In this document: in pieces, positions 48,258 to 60,806 of the stretch
Numbering within the stretch: the first letter of the stretch is position 1
Layout: each line of letters starts with the position of its first letter
Origin: Azolla caroliniana
Lineage: Eukaryota; Plantae; Polypodiophyta
Direction of reading: 5' to 3'
DNA: 64,000 bases
NCBI GenBank assembly: GCA_043228905.1
Contig: JBHGNT010000015.1
Span: forward strand, 14,136,001-14,200,000
Position numbers and translations under genes: made by a program
Notes under the pieces: generated by a model
Told to the model about the DNA's origin: nothing
The model's database searches: none
What the model saw: the letters and a program-made list of their open reading frames with translations, nothing else

Positions 48258-48545
48258 ACATCTTGTTCAAGTTCCCCCACACCTCTTTAGGCGTCTTGGC
48301 GTCTCGAATGTGGCTAAGCATGTGATCATTGACACATGTTGCCAAGCAATACATGACTCAACTTGCCGCTTGCTCCCATGTTGCATAGTCGGCGTTCTTC
48401 GAGTCGGGTGATTTTCTTGTGTGCCGTTGATGTAGCTCCAATACCCTTGGCCGACGAGGTATTGGGTCATCTTGTACTCCCAAGATGAATAATTTCTCCA
48501 GTCTAGCTTTTCACTAGAGAGCAAGCTACCCATTTGTGTGTTCAT
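48255..48545 (-). pseudogene. gag: Copia X gag N-terminus
   Basis: MGSLLSSEKLDWRNYSSWEYKMTQYLVGQGYW...DAKTPKEVWGNLNKMF; abuts the piece that resumes at 5734 (FATN...). Confidence 0.8.
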
Positions 48546-48703
48546 GTTGATTCTAGTGTCTTCCGTTTTGCTTTTCTTCCTTCGATCACGTACTCGTGCT
48601 ACGTAGTGGCACTATGGTAGCAAATAGCCGGAATTTGTCGTCGGTGTTTCGAACACACAATTACGAAGAGTCGGGTAAACTTAGTGGATGTGCTAAACCG
48701 CAC

Positions 48704-49077
48704 ACTTTGATACCACGTTAAGAATTAGGTGATTAACTACGGGTTAATTAGTACCTAATTATGTGATTAGTTGATAAGCGGAAGATTAAGTGATATGTGT
48801 GTCTATGTGTGTGAGAGGAAGAGAGAGAGAGGAAGTTAACACTTATGAATAACAGAAGATGGGGGATGATTAACTCTATATTAAATTAGCATCATCATCA
48901 TCAAAATACAAAAATACCCACAATGAAGTATAGATACATCTCATGTGCAAAGGTGCACATGTGTGAGTAGAATATATGTACTAAGGTGTAAGTCCTATAT
49001 TAAATGTACTTAGGAGTGGAGGATCTAGAATATCCCACTTAAGTACAAGGTCCTATTTAAGGTGTTTATAGTCAACA
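48704..49077 (-). repeat. Copia X PBS (Met) and probable 5' LTR (48716-49077)
   Basis: TGGTATCAAAG on the minus strand at 48705-48715; candidate LTR TGTTGA...TTAACG; no partner LTR in the window to confirm the outer boundary. Confidence 0.55.
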
Positions 49078-49594
49078 CTCCTAAATATATTCTATCTAGG
49101 TAAATAGGTAGAAGCACGCTACGGTGTACCAGAACAGTATTGTTTTTTGCCACAAAAAATGTCAGTCCTTTCAATACTATTAGTACTAAATAATTGAAAA
49201 AAAATCAGAGAAAAGAAAATCAAATTTGGGGAGTGGGGTGAGTGTTGTATAAGTGAGGGGGGAACACGTGAGGAGATGTTCTTTCCATTTTGGGGGCTAT
49301 TTTCCCCCACGTGGATTTGAACGTTTTTTGGTGCTTCCCCTCAAACCAACTCGTCTTCCTCTATCCCTCTGAGTTTCTTTGAGCTCTTCATCTCAGACAT
49401 CCATGTCAGGTTTCTGGTTTATCTCCAATCTCAGAGGTTTGTTATGCATGTATATCATTAGGGTTTAGGGACCCTATCCCAGATATTTGGGTGCTTCAAT
49501 AGTAAACATGTTTTAGGGTTTGAGTTGAGGATTAGAGACTGTTTTGAGGCCTCTTTTAACAGCCAATAGTGACTTCTTCGAGAACAATTTTCCT

Positions 49595-49805
49595 ACTTGT
49601 TCCACCGATTGCAGTTTATCTCGCAGTGATTTGAGGCTTTTTCCACTGAGGAGAGGATCCTTCCACCAAATCGAGGCGGAATATCACACAGATGCGAGGC
49701 TCCCTCCACCAATTGGAGGTTCCTTCCACCGATTTGAGGCATATTATTTTTGAAACACGAGGCATCATCCATTGATTTGAGGGTTTGTCCACCGATTAGA
49801 GGCAC
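49595..49805 (+). repeat. Short degenerate repeats TCCACCGATTTGAGGC upstream of the Sola-like transposase
   Basis: About 8 copies of CCACC(G/A)ATT.GAGG. Confidence 0.7.
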
Positions 49806-50179
49806 AATACGACATTAATCTTCGTCACTTCTTTCACTCATTTGAAAGTATTCCAATACATGTTTGAGACTTCAACGATAATTGATTTATTTGGTAAACA
49901 CCCCTATTCTTAATTTTGACATTTTTAGAATTCTGTAGTCTCATATTCGTAAATCTATTTTTTCATTTTCAATACTAAATTTTTTCATTTTCAGAAATTT
50001 GTGAATAAACAAATGATTAATTGTCATTTTTGAGTTGTAATTCTAATATCCAAAACGAATGATTTCTCACTTTGTAGGCCGCATTTAAAAATAGTTGACT
50101 GTGATTTCTTAGTGTAGTTTATATAACATTAACTACTTTCACAAGACAGTTAATTTTTTTGGATACAACTAGTGACCAA

Positions 50180-53100
50180 ATGGGGATCCCCAATGAGAAT
50201 GAGTTGTCAAGTAATTCATGTATATCTGAAAGGACCAAGAGACGAGTGGTTCTTCACATAGTCCGTTATTTGGTAGAAATAACAAAGAGATTTAGTGAAG
50301 AGGATCGTAAGGATATTATATGTAGAGTGTTACACCATCAACATTTGAATGAAGACATGGGAGGATAAAATTTAGGGACCAATGTGTTTTAGAAGAGATT
50401 GTAGAGTCTATAAAGTCATTCCTAGACTTAGTGAAAGGTGTAGAGAGCATAGACAAACTTGCTGCTAAGAGGGCAACCCTACACATGGTTGTGAACGGTG
50501 CGAAAGAAAAAAAATATAGTGATACTAAAGTTGCCTTAGCCCTGGGTATTCAAAGAAGGAACTTGAGGAAACATCACCAAAATATACACTCAAGCCAATT
50601 CAAGTGGTTGGGGTTGGGACGTAGACGACGATGTGATACCTTATCTCAAGAGATTATTGAGAAAGTGGTTTCATTTTGGGCAGAAAATACGCGTGTCTCA
50701 CCAAATAAGAAGTCAGGATAAGTACCAGATTCACCATAGACACTTCTTGGAGATGACAGAGGTATTCCATTTTTTTATATCAATTCACATTCCATAAGTT
50801 TTTGTTTTGACCAAGTGTATATTAATGTTTGCTATATATTGGTTGATGTATGACGAATTGTACATGAACTTTAATGACCAACATCCAAGCTTGACTGTTG
50901 GATTCCGCAAGTTCCAAGGTTTGAAACCATATTATGTTAGAAAATTAAATGAGAAGAATATATGTTGTTGTGTGTACCACGTGAAGATGGACATGTTAAG
51001 GCTTGGAGTGAATGCAATGCGTACTGATTCTAAGGGTATACACGAGGAATTATGTGTCTGCACTTGTGAGGTTTGTAGACCAAATGGGGAGGATAATAGG
51101 TGTAATGCACGAAACATGACTTATGCATCCGTTTCTGAGTTATGGAGGTCTTGTGTTTGTGAAAAACAACCATCATGTGAGTGGCATCGTCGTACATGAC
51201 TTTTAAGAACATGTAAGGTTTTTCTGCTACCATTATTTTGTAGACAGGAGCTTGATTTGGGAAACAGTCATATTGTAAAATGGAAATATTTAGAGTATGT
51301 GACTAAAAATATTGGCAAGGGACTTGTAACTAAGCGTATCAAGGAAGTATATAAGGAGACATGTGCTGCTACCCTTGTCTCAAAATTTAAGAAACAACTT
51401 GGGGAGTTCATTCCACAATTCAAGGAATGTATTAATAACTTACCAACGGGTGTCATCGTAACCGTTATTGACATTGCAGAAAACTATACATTTAAAGTTC
51501 AAAATGTGGTTCAATCAATGCATTGGTACAATGATCAATGTACAATACTTGTACATATTTGCTATTGGAGACAAGAAGGTGAGTTACATAAGAAATCAAT
51601 ATTTTACATTTCAGATGATAAAAAGCATGATACACTATTTGTTCAACATTGTTTTAAGCTTCACCATGTAGATTTATTGTCTCTAGGGTTTAGCTTTAAC
51701 CGTCATTGGGGTTGGTCTGATGGTGCTACCTTGCAGTTTAAAGTGGCACGATCATTCTACTTTATCGCTAGGTAATTTTTAATCTATATGTTTAGTACTT
51801 ATAATGCAATGTCTAAGGAAGTAATTCTTGTGTTAGTGCTCATCCTTCACGTGAATCAGTACTACTTGTTATAATTCTCCTACTTGTTGGGTTCAAAGTT
51901 TACATCTTAATATGGTACTCCCTATTGCATTTGTACTATTGTCTGCACACTAACTGTTTTAGTGTTCTTGCAAGACAAGTGGGTATTCTCCTATCATGTC
52001 ACCTCCAACTTAGTTATGTTTGCCCTTGTGCATCAATACTATTTTATGTTTTCAGCTAAATAAAAAACTCTTGATAGACAACACAGTACTATTCAAATGG
52101 ATGCATGCATACTAATTATGTTTGTTACTATGTTAAGTGTTCTTGATTGATCACATAGTACTACCCTTTCACGTGAATCTGTGTTTATTATCTTTTAATC
52201 CATGTAGAGTGTTCTCCATAGACACATTGTATTGTGTTGTGTCTTGTATTTGTACTAAACTATGTCCATTCTTAAGAGTTTGTACTAATTATCTTTTAAT
52301 CCATGTTGAGTGTTCTCCATGGACACATTGTACTGTATTGTGGGTTGTATCTATACTAAATCAGTATTAATGGATGTAAAGTACTCATCGTCAACAACAT
52401 AGTATTGTCCAATATTGAAGAGTTTGTACTAATTATCTTTTAATACATGTAGAGTGTTCTCCATGAACACATTGTACTAAGATTTGTGTTGTATCCGTAC
52501 TAAATTAGTATTAATGGATGGTAAGTATTGTTGGTTGACAACATAGTACTATTTATCTTTTAATTAGTGTAGAGTGTTCTCCATGGATACACTGTGTTAT
52601 CCTTTGTTTTGTATTTGTACTAAATCAATATGAATGGATACAAAAGCAGGTACTTCTCCCTATTCAACATTCATATGCAATGGAACTACTTCGGGTCTGG
52701 ACATGGAAAAGGAGAGCATGATGGTGTAGGGGCTGTGATCAAACGTGCTCTTACAAGTGAGTAGTTGGATAATAATGGTGCTAAGTTACAAAATGCACAT
52801 GATGTTGTGGAGTGCCTAACATGGAAGATGTCAAATGATGGTAAGAACAGATTATTTGTTGAGGTTCGCGTTGATGAGGTCAATAGAACTAAATCATATG
52901 GTTGTAAAACCGTGAAAGGCACACGAAGTACCCATTGTGTATTAGGGTTTAGCCGCAAGGACACAACACAATTGTTACTCCGTACTTTATCATGCTTTTG
53001 TTCCATGTGTATAGATGAAGCTTGGGATGAATGCATCAACCTATCAATCGTGGAGCCCTGGAAGCTACAAAAGCTGGAGCCTGAACGACAAGATGATATT

Positions 53101-53520
53101 GAAGAGAATCCACATTCAAACGATATTGTATACTACAACCAACGTCAAGACTTGGTAGTTTTATTAGAAGTTGGAGATCATTTTGCACTGCTCAAATCTC
53201 CTCAGAATGAAGATTTAAAAGACTACTACATTGTGGTGTGCAAGCAAGGGAAGACATTACTGAAAGAAGTGGTGAGGGATGGTTGGGGCAACATGTTCAA
53301 TGTTGGTGAGTCTGTCGTGTATGGAAACTATTATGCAAAGTTGCCGCAATGCAAGAACACATATGCATTACTAAAAGATGCACCCACCACATATAATCTA
53401 CATTGCTACCATTATTGCGATCAAGTTCAATATGACTCAAGCAAAGTAGAAGGTTAAGGTATGCAACACTTTCTACAAGGTCCCCCAAGAGGTTCATGAG
53501 CACATATTAGGGGAGGTCTC
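50180..53520 (+). pseudogene. Sola2-like DDD transposase gene with introns, degenerate
   Basis: TRVSPNKK; F..LKPYYV...CCCVYH; IDIAENY; ISDDKKHD; WSDG..QFK; after GT-AG intron 51772-52649, in frame: YFGSGHGKGEHDGVGAVIKR; GTRSTH; LSCFCSMC. Confidence 0.75.
52130..52640. repeat. Degenerate ~105-140-bp tandem repeats inside the transposase intron
   Basis: AGTGTTCTCCAT.GACACATTGTA recurs near 52209, 52309, 52453 and 52573. Confidence 0.8.
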
Positions 53521-54178
53521 TCTATTTAATGTTTGAAAGTTACCCTATTAATACATTGTAATTGGCAACTGAAAAATGTCCACTCGTAGTTCACTATTTT
53601 TACATTGTATCTAGATCAGTTATTAATTTTGATGATTGACAAATGAATTGATATATTTTTTCTTTCTTCTAAAGTGTTTAGAGTATTTATTGAGCTTGTT
53701 TTGTAAGTGTTCATGGTAATTATAGAGTTGCTTGTTTCTAGAGTTTAGGGTGTGAAGTCTTTATTCAAGTATCAATACTTAGTAGCATCAATATGGCCCA
53801 AACTTATTCAAGTATCAATACCCATAGTCTTTATTCAAGTATCAACACTAGATGAGTGATCTGGTCTTCACAACATTTCACATTAGCAATTTAGACAGTA
53901 CTTTGGTATTACAAATAATTCAAGTATAGACATCACTAACAGTTCAACACAATCATGGTTGCATAACAATTCACAATAGAATACATTCTCATTCTCTACC
54001 ATTGGCAACATAGAATTTCCGATTATGTCAACAACACAAGATGAGTGAATTGGAGTCAGTACAACATTTCACATTAGCAATTTAGACAGTATTTTGGTAT
54101 TACAAATAGTTCAAGTACAGACATCACTAACAGTTCATTTATAGTTCAAGTACAATAGAAAGACAATCAGGCACCATT

Positions 54179-56400
54179 TCACAATTTCACCGATCTTGTA
54201 ATGCACTTGTTGTTGGTGCCAGTTTTTTGTGATTTTACATTCTTCTTTATCTTAAAGCCTTTAGGTATCAACTTAATAAGTGGCACTTCATCATCAGAGG
54301 CATCAGAGACAAGCGTGGATGTACGGGCACCTTGTACTAGTGGCAAGCTTGAGAGAGCAACTGTGTTTTTTGCAACTGCAATGCTTGTACACACATCCAC
54401 AAAGGTACTGTTGATAGTCAAATTATCACTCATCTTGTTCTCCACATGTTGCTCTTGTATGTGGGTTGTGGTAGTACTCATGGTCAACTCCTAGCTGGTG
54501 ATGATAGTCATCTCATTCTGTTACCCGGACAAGTATAGATACGTTGGAGTCAGAAGGATGTTCAGAGTCAGAGTCAGAGTCGGATCGAGAGTTCGGATCG
54601 ATGACTCAGCAGATAACCAAATAGGACATAGTTACGACGTTTTGTAATTCTTGATAATTATAGGCAATAGGATTTCTTGATGAGAAAAGACCTTCGGGTT
54701 ACCTATAAAAGGAAACCAAAGGCATTGTAAAGATCTATCATTGTAATTAGTAATATAAAGTTTGTTTAGGAAATCTCTGTGTACGAATTATTTTTTGCCA
54801 TCTATTTCATAAGTCACGATCTCAGTGTCTGTTATCACCGATAAGTTTACAAATAATTAGTATCTATTCGTCTAACCACAACTTCTTGATAGAACGTTTG
54901 GTACAAACGTTCATCTTATACTATGTCGACAAAGTAGTAATCGTTGACCGAACAACACATTCTTAAGACCATCGTGCTCCCCTTCATGGGTGGTCTCAGT
55001 ACAATTAGGCTCATGTATGTGGGCTATAATAGTACTCATGGTTAACTCCTCTTGGTTAGTGATAGTCACCTCATTCTTAAGACCATTGTAATCCCCTTCT
55101 TGGGTGGTCTTTATTGCCCTATCATCATCGGTGATGCTAGTATACTCGTTCTTAGTACAATCAGGCTCTTGTATGTGGGTTTTGGTAGTACTCATGGTCA
55201 ACTCCTCTTGTACGGTGGTTGTCACCTCATTCTTAAGACAACCTGCTCCGCTTCTTGGGTGGTCTTTATTGCCTACTCCTCATGGGTGATGCTAGTATGC
55301 TCGTTCTCAGTACAATTAGGCTCCTCTTCAGTACTAGCGATATTCTTTCCACACTCCTCATGGGCTTCTTTAGACAAAAATATGAATGCTTCCTTCTTTT
55401 CACAGTCCTCATGTGTGGAAGATATGCTTCCAGAGTTTGCCTATGTGCAAAGGTTAATCCCAAAATCTGACTCTGCACTTGTGCTCCATATAGTTCCTGA
55501 TTCGCTTGATTGCAGTTAGGAATCAGACTACTCTTGTAAACCTAAATAATGGGATCCTAGAGAATATTAGTATCAAGTCACATACTCAAAAGTTTGCAAA
55601 CATACCAGCAACTATGAACATAGGGTTAATAGCCACATTTTTACCTATTGTTACATTGTCATATTGTACAGCCGTAGACAACCCATTGCAAGTGGTAGGC
55701 TCAGTCATCGTCTCCACAACATCTAAGTGTTCATCAGATTTAGCGATGGTGCCAATTGCAGGTTGGAGCTCATTGTCAATAGAAGATTTCATAGTAGTAT
55801 CTATAGAATGCACCAAAAGCACCACTATAATAGGGTTGTTATGATCTAAATCATTGTTTTCTTAGAGTGCTTTTGACGTGTACTTGGGAGTGTGATAAAT
55901 TCGTCTTCATGATCAAGCTTTGGACTCGTATCTCCCTCACCAAAGATCATTTCGTCATCAGCTAGCAACACAAGTACATGGTATTAGACAATGCATTAGG
56001 TTGACAACTCTCCAGACAGGTGAGAACATATATGACTCACCATTGCATTCAACTCTGCCTTTCTTGTCCTTTCCATACAACTTTCTTGCAGCAATCCTCT
56101 TCTTAGTGGGCTTTTTTTTAAAGACATTAGGCATTCAACATACACACAAATGAGAAATAAGATATGCTAACTCAAATTGTGTTACCTGGATTGTTGTGAT
56201 GTTGACTGGAGCTTGGGGAATTTGTTTGTAGAAGCATATGTTCCACTACTCCAATGGCCCTTCTCATACATTCATCTTAATCATAAAACTCATAGGTTAC
56301 TAGTATTGAAGGTCCCTGAACCTTATAATGTGCAACAGATACCGAGGGTTTAGGCACAAGAGCTGGTTGTTCCATTACCTTCCCTGGCATGGAGTTGCTT
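54179..56400 (-). pseudogene. Convergent second gene of unknown function (Thr/Glu-rich repeats, basic C-terminus), probably part of the DNA transposon
   Basis: Collinear minus-strand ORFs with repeated QEELTMSTT.THIQE units, a GTGAGT donor near 56040, and a C-terminus SDDEVPLIKL..KKNVK. Confidence 0.45.
54519..54957 (+). mobile_element. Solo LTR (439 bp), layout similar to the Gypsy B LTR
   Basis: TGTT...ACAACA termini, perfect TSD CATTC, CCTATAAAAGGA box. Confidence 0.88.
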
Positions 56401-56504
56401 GACACTACAACATTCATTGCAAGAAACAAAAAAACCTTCAACGTTATTACCGTGATATAAAAATTACAATGTAGGTCACAAGAGTTGCATTACTAAATCA
56501 TTAG

Positions 56505-57490
56505 GCTACACCTAGTTCCCATATTACACAACCAACACTAATCGTGAACAATGTACTACTCACTTAGTTCCCAAATTACACAACTAATACTAATCGTGAA
56601 CAATGTACTATTCAGTTAGTTCCCAAATTACACAACTAATACTAATCGTGAACAATGTACTACAAGTATAGTGTGTACTAACACTAGTACTAGGCACGTT
56701 GTAATATAGATTGGACTAACATCTAATCCAACAAATACATCTAAACAGCTTCCTACTTTAGTACTAAAGTGGTATTTTGCACACAAGTAATACTAAACGT
56801 GATATGTGTTCTACACACCTAATTCCAAAATTACACAAATAGTATTAATCTTCAACAATTTATTACACACCTTGTTCCAAACTTACATAACTAGTACTAA
56901 TCGTGAACGATGTACTACACAACTAATTCCCAAATTATAGAAATAGTACTAATAGTGAACAATGTACTCCAAGTGAACAACTCCCTACTTTAGTACTAAA
57001 GTGGTATTTTGCACCCAAGTAATACTAATCGTGATATGTGTTTGACACACCTAATTTCCAAATTACACAAACAATACTAATCTTCAACAATTTACTATAC
57101 ACCTTGTTCCCAAATTACATAACTAGTACTAATCGTGAACAATGTACTACACAACTAATTCCCAAATTTCACATTCAGTACTAATAGTGAACAGTGTACT
57201 ATAAGTATATTGTGTACTAAACTAGTACTGGGCAAGTTGTAATATAGATTGGACAAACAACTTATCCAACAAATACATCTAAACAACATCCTTCTTTAGT
57301 ACTAAAGTGGTATTTTGCATACAACTGGTACTAATCGTGATATGTGTTCTACACTCCTAATTCCCAAATTAGACGTTTAGTACTAATCGTTAACAGTGTA
57401 CTACATACCTTAGTCTCAAATTACATAACTAGTACCAATCCCGAACCATGTCACACCTAGTTCCCAAATTACTCAAATAGTACTAATTCT
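56505..57490. repeat. ~50-bp minisatellite with higher-order organisation
   Basis: Unit CACCTAGTTCCCAAATTACACAACTAGTACTAATCGTGAACAATGTACTA; interrupting block TAGTACTAAAGTGGTATTTTGCA at about 56760, 56990 and 57297. Confidence 0.9.
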
Positions 57491-57844
57491 CGAAAATATC
57501 CATTCATCTACCTATGCTAATTATATATTAAAAGTACTACACACCTATCAGGATGTGATGAATGCACCAATACTAACCCACATAAATAGGGTTCCACATA
57601 TTAGTTGTTAGAGGTACACTACTACTAACCGATTATTTTCCTAATTTGAAGTACGAATTGTGGCCTACACCAATCCTAAACCAAATGTAAATTAACATCA
57701 TATAATACAAACAATAGAATAGTAGAGCCACATACCGTTGTTGTAGTGTAATTCGCACACTACGTGAAATATGTAAAAACATATATCCGATTTAAGTACA
57801 CATAAATAAATAAAAGAAAATATTCAAAATGTTATTACATGCAT

Positions 57845-57906
57845 AGGGCAAGATTCAAACCTTGTACCTCCATGTAAACAAACCCAAACTTTACCATTGT
57901 ACTAAT
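57845..57906 (-). other. tRNA-like Pol III A/B-box cassette in the Gypsy G LTR
   Basis: Minus strand A box TAGTACAATGG (57904-57894), B-like GGTTTGAATCT from 57861. Confidence 0.5.
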
Positions 57907-58430
57907 TTATTATAAGTGAACTAAATATAGATTTAATAGGTATAAGAGTGATATTTATGCCTATTTTTACAAAAAAGTAAATCATGCACTTTTAGAGTGC
58001 ATGAAAACTTTAATTGGAACAAAAACCCAAGTCAATTACACATGCCCATCTACTACGCATGAGCACTATATTTAGGAAATAAAAAAGCATGCTTGAGAAA
58101 GGCAACTCATGCACATCTAGTGTGTATGAACAATTTAGGAAAAAGCATGATGCTATGATTAGCCTCTTCCATCATTATATAAGGAAGAGAGAAAAGATGT
58201 ATATGGTTGTTGATTTTTTTATAAGGGTTGATTAATATAAAATAATCGGGGAATTCACGATTTTGCCAGCTATTTCTCTCTTACATCGTGGGATTCACGA
58301 GTTTCATATCTTCATCTTGCAATCTATTCATAACAAACCTTATCTCATATTCTTCTTTCTCCTGGTCCAAAACCCTAGTGGTTCCCACCCGACTCACGCA
58401 ACGATCTGGTGCCGAAAGGCCCGACACAAG

Positions 58431-58448
58431 TGGTGAACCCGACGTGAA
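58431..58448 (+). promoter_or_regulatory. PBS complementary to tRNA-Trp
   Basis: TGGTGAACCCGACGTGAA, identical to 24726-24743. Confidence 0.85.
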
Positions 58449-60213
58449 ACCCAGGTGGCAAGGAGATGGAAAATCAACCGAAAACTAACAACATGATGGC
58501 GATGTTCAAGCGGATGCTACAAGAACAACGCGCAATGTCGGAGATTGCGGTGGCAGTAGAGCGGCTCGTGCAACGGAACGGGCAATTCACCGAGAAGGAT
58601 GTATCGCGATATTTGCTGGATTACGAGGTAAAAAGGCTACGATGCGGAATATCAAAAGGATTGCAGGTGACATCGTTCAATCGGGTGGCTACAGACAGGC
58701 TTCAAGGGAGTATTCACGAGATACGACAACAAAATCCAACGTGGGAAGCATTTGAAGAAGTGCTAAAGACCATGTTCGCCATCGAGGACTTCTCCAAGGC
58801 AACACGGAGGGGATTCGAAGATTGGGTGGAAACACCAGACAAGGAACTGAAGGCCCTCGATGTGTTTTCGGCATTCGAAAGTCGGTTCGGGAGCTTGTTC
58901 GCGAGAGATCAAGCTATCCTCGCGCCGAACAAAGTGATTATGTTCTTACAAGTAGTGGATGTCCGGGACCAGAAAGATCTTGGAATGCTTTTAGAGGACA
59001 CCACTATTGAGAGTGGCCTCACGAATACATGAGAAAATGTGCAGGATATCGTCGCATGATACACAAAAGAGGGGGCAATGGCTTGCTAGTGAGGAAAAGA
59101 GGGTTTCAGAACCAATTCCGAAACCAAGATCTGGATTGGAAGACCATCAACCGTGAGCTCGGGAGACTATGACCGAGAAGGGAATTGATGCAACCACGGT
59201 GGAGCAGTTGCTAAAGGAGATGGAGAATCAGAAAATTGCGATGGTGAAGAAGTTAGATGACCGTCCCACAAGTTCCAAGTATATGGACCGTCGATGCATA
59301 TGGTGCGATAGCACCGAACATGATCGGAGGGATTGCGACGAGCACACGGAGGCACTACGACGGGACCTTATCTACTACGAAGGAAATCAGATTCATTCGA
59401 TGAACTCTCGGAAGACACTTCGACCGAACTTCAGAAAATGCGGCATGAAGAAGGTCCTAGAGGAGGAAATAACGGCGAAAAGCGATTATGTGACAACCAC
59501 GGGGATATGTGTGGGTGAGTCATCTAGAGCAAAGGCGTCTTTCTGGCCGGAAGTGCTAGAAAACCCTGAGAAAACTGACTATAATGAGATCTAAAGCACC
59601 GCGGAAGGCATCCGAGAAGGTACGGGATGGGAGTGCCCCGTCGATAAGAATAGCGTGTATGCCCTATGCCAATTACATGAGGTGTATGTAGATGAGAAAC
59701 GACGGCACACAGATGATGCAGCCAGACCATCAAAGACGCCGGAGACTTGGAACTCTGAAGGGAAGGGGAAAGGAAAAACAATTTTGGCATTCAAACTCGC
59801 TTCAGACATCGAGAAAAGAATGGAATTACAAAAGGTGTTCGAGGAGAGAATCCTCAATAGCCGGGTAGATTTTTTGCTTCGGGAATTACTCGGAATAGCG
59901 AAGCAGGAGTTCCACGATCTTCTTGTGGATCTTGTGAAGAGAAAAAGACAAAATACGGAGGAAAATGCTCCAAGGGTGAATGCAAATACCGTTCTAATGA
60001 TTGACACCAAAGTGGAGGATGAAATTCCGAACTCCCACTACACAAGGCCACACCGGGCACGCGCAACTACGGCGACTCCAGTTCGATTCGGAAACATCAA
60101 GGAGCCCATACTAGCATTGATTGATCATGGATCGGAGATCAATTTGATGTCCAAGGAGTTCTACCGAAAGGGGAAGTGGCCTATTAACACTAATCATGGA
60201 TGGAAGATCCGGC

Positions 60214-60806
60214 CAGCCACTAAAACAACGGAAGATTTCTTTGCGGCTTGTCCGGATGTGACGGTGAAGATCGGAGATGTGGAGATTGACCAAAATTTCT
60301 TCGTGCAAGATGAGGTCTCACACTCCGTGATCCTTGGACAACCTTTTATCACGACTTCACGGATGGAGACAAAGGTGCTTGATAGTGGAGCGGCTTTTGC
60401 ACGAATTCAGAGACAAAGCGGAGGGAAAACCATCAAATTCCTAATCGTGCCATCAATTGCACGAAAGGAACAAGAGAGGGCTCTTGTCCCAAACAAAAAT
60501 GGATTTATTTGCGGCAGCCACTAAAGCAACAGAAGATTTATTTGCGGCTTGTCCGGATGTGATGGTGAAGATCGGAGATGTAGAGATTGACCAAAAAAAA
60601 TTCATGCAAGATGAGGTCTCACACTTCGTGATCCTCAGAAAACCCTATATCACGGCTTCATGGATGGAGACAAAGGTGCTCGATAGCACAGCGGCTTTTG
60701 TACGAATTCGAAGCCAAAGCAGAGGGAAAACCGTCCAATTCCTACCCGTGCCATCAAATCATGAAAGGAACAAGAGAGAGCTCTTGTCCCAAACAAAAAT
60801 AGATTT
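60214..60806 (+). repeat. ~300-bp tandem duplication of the protease C-terminal half
   Basis: CAGCCACTAAA...CAAAAAT.GATTT at 60214 and 60515. Confidence 0.92.

Noticed and set aside
49115-49140. CACTA transposon terminus
   Set aside because: Sequence is CACGCTACGG, not CACTA/CACTG; no matching inverted end in the window, and the transposase motifs are not TnpD-like
49455-49525. Telomeric array
   Set aside because: Only isolated TAGGGTTT telo-box motifs, not tandem
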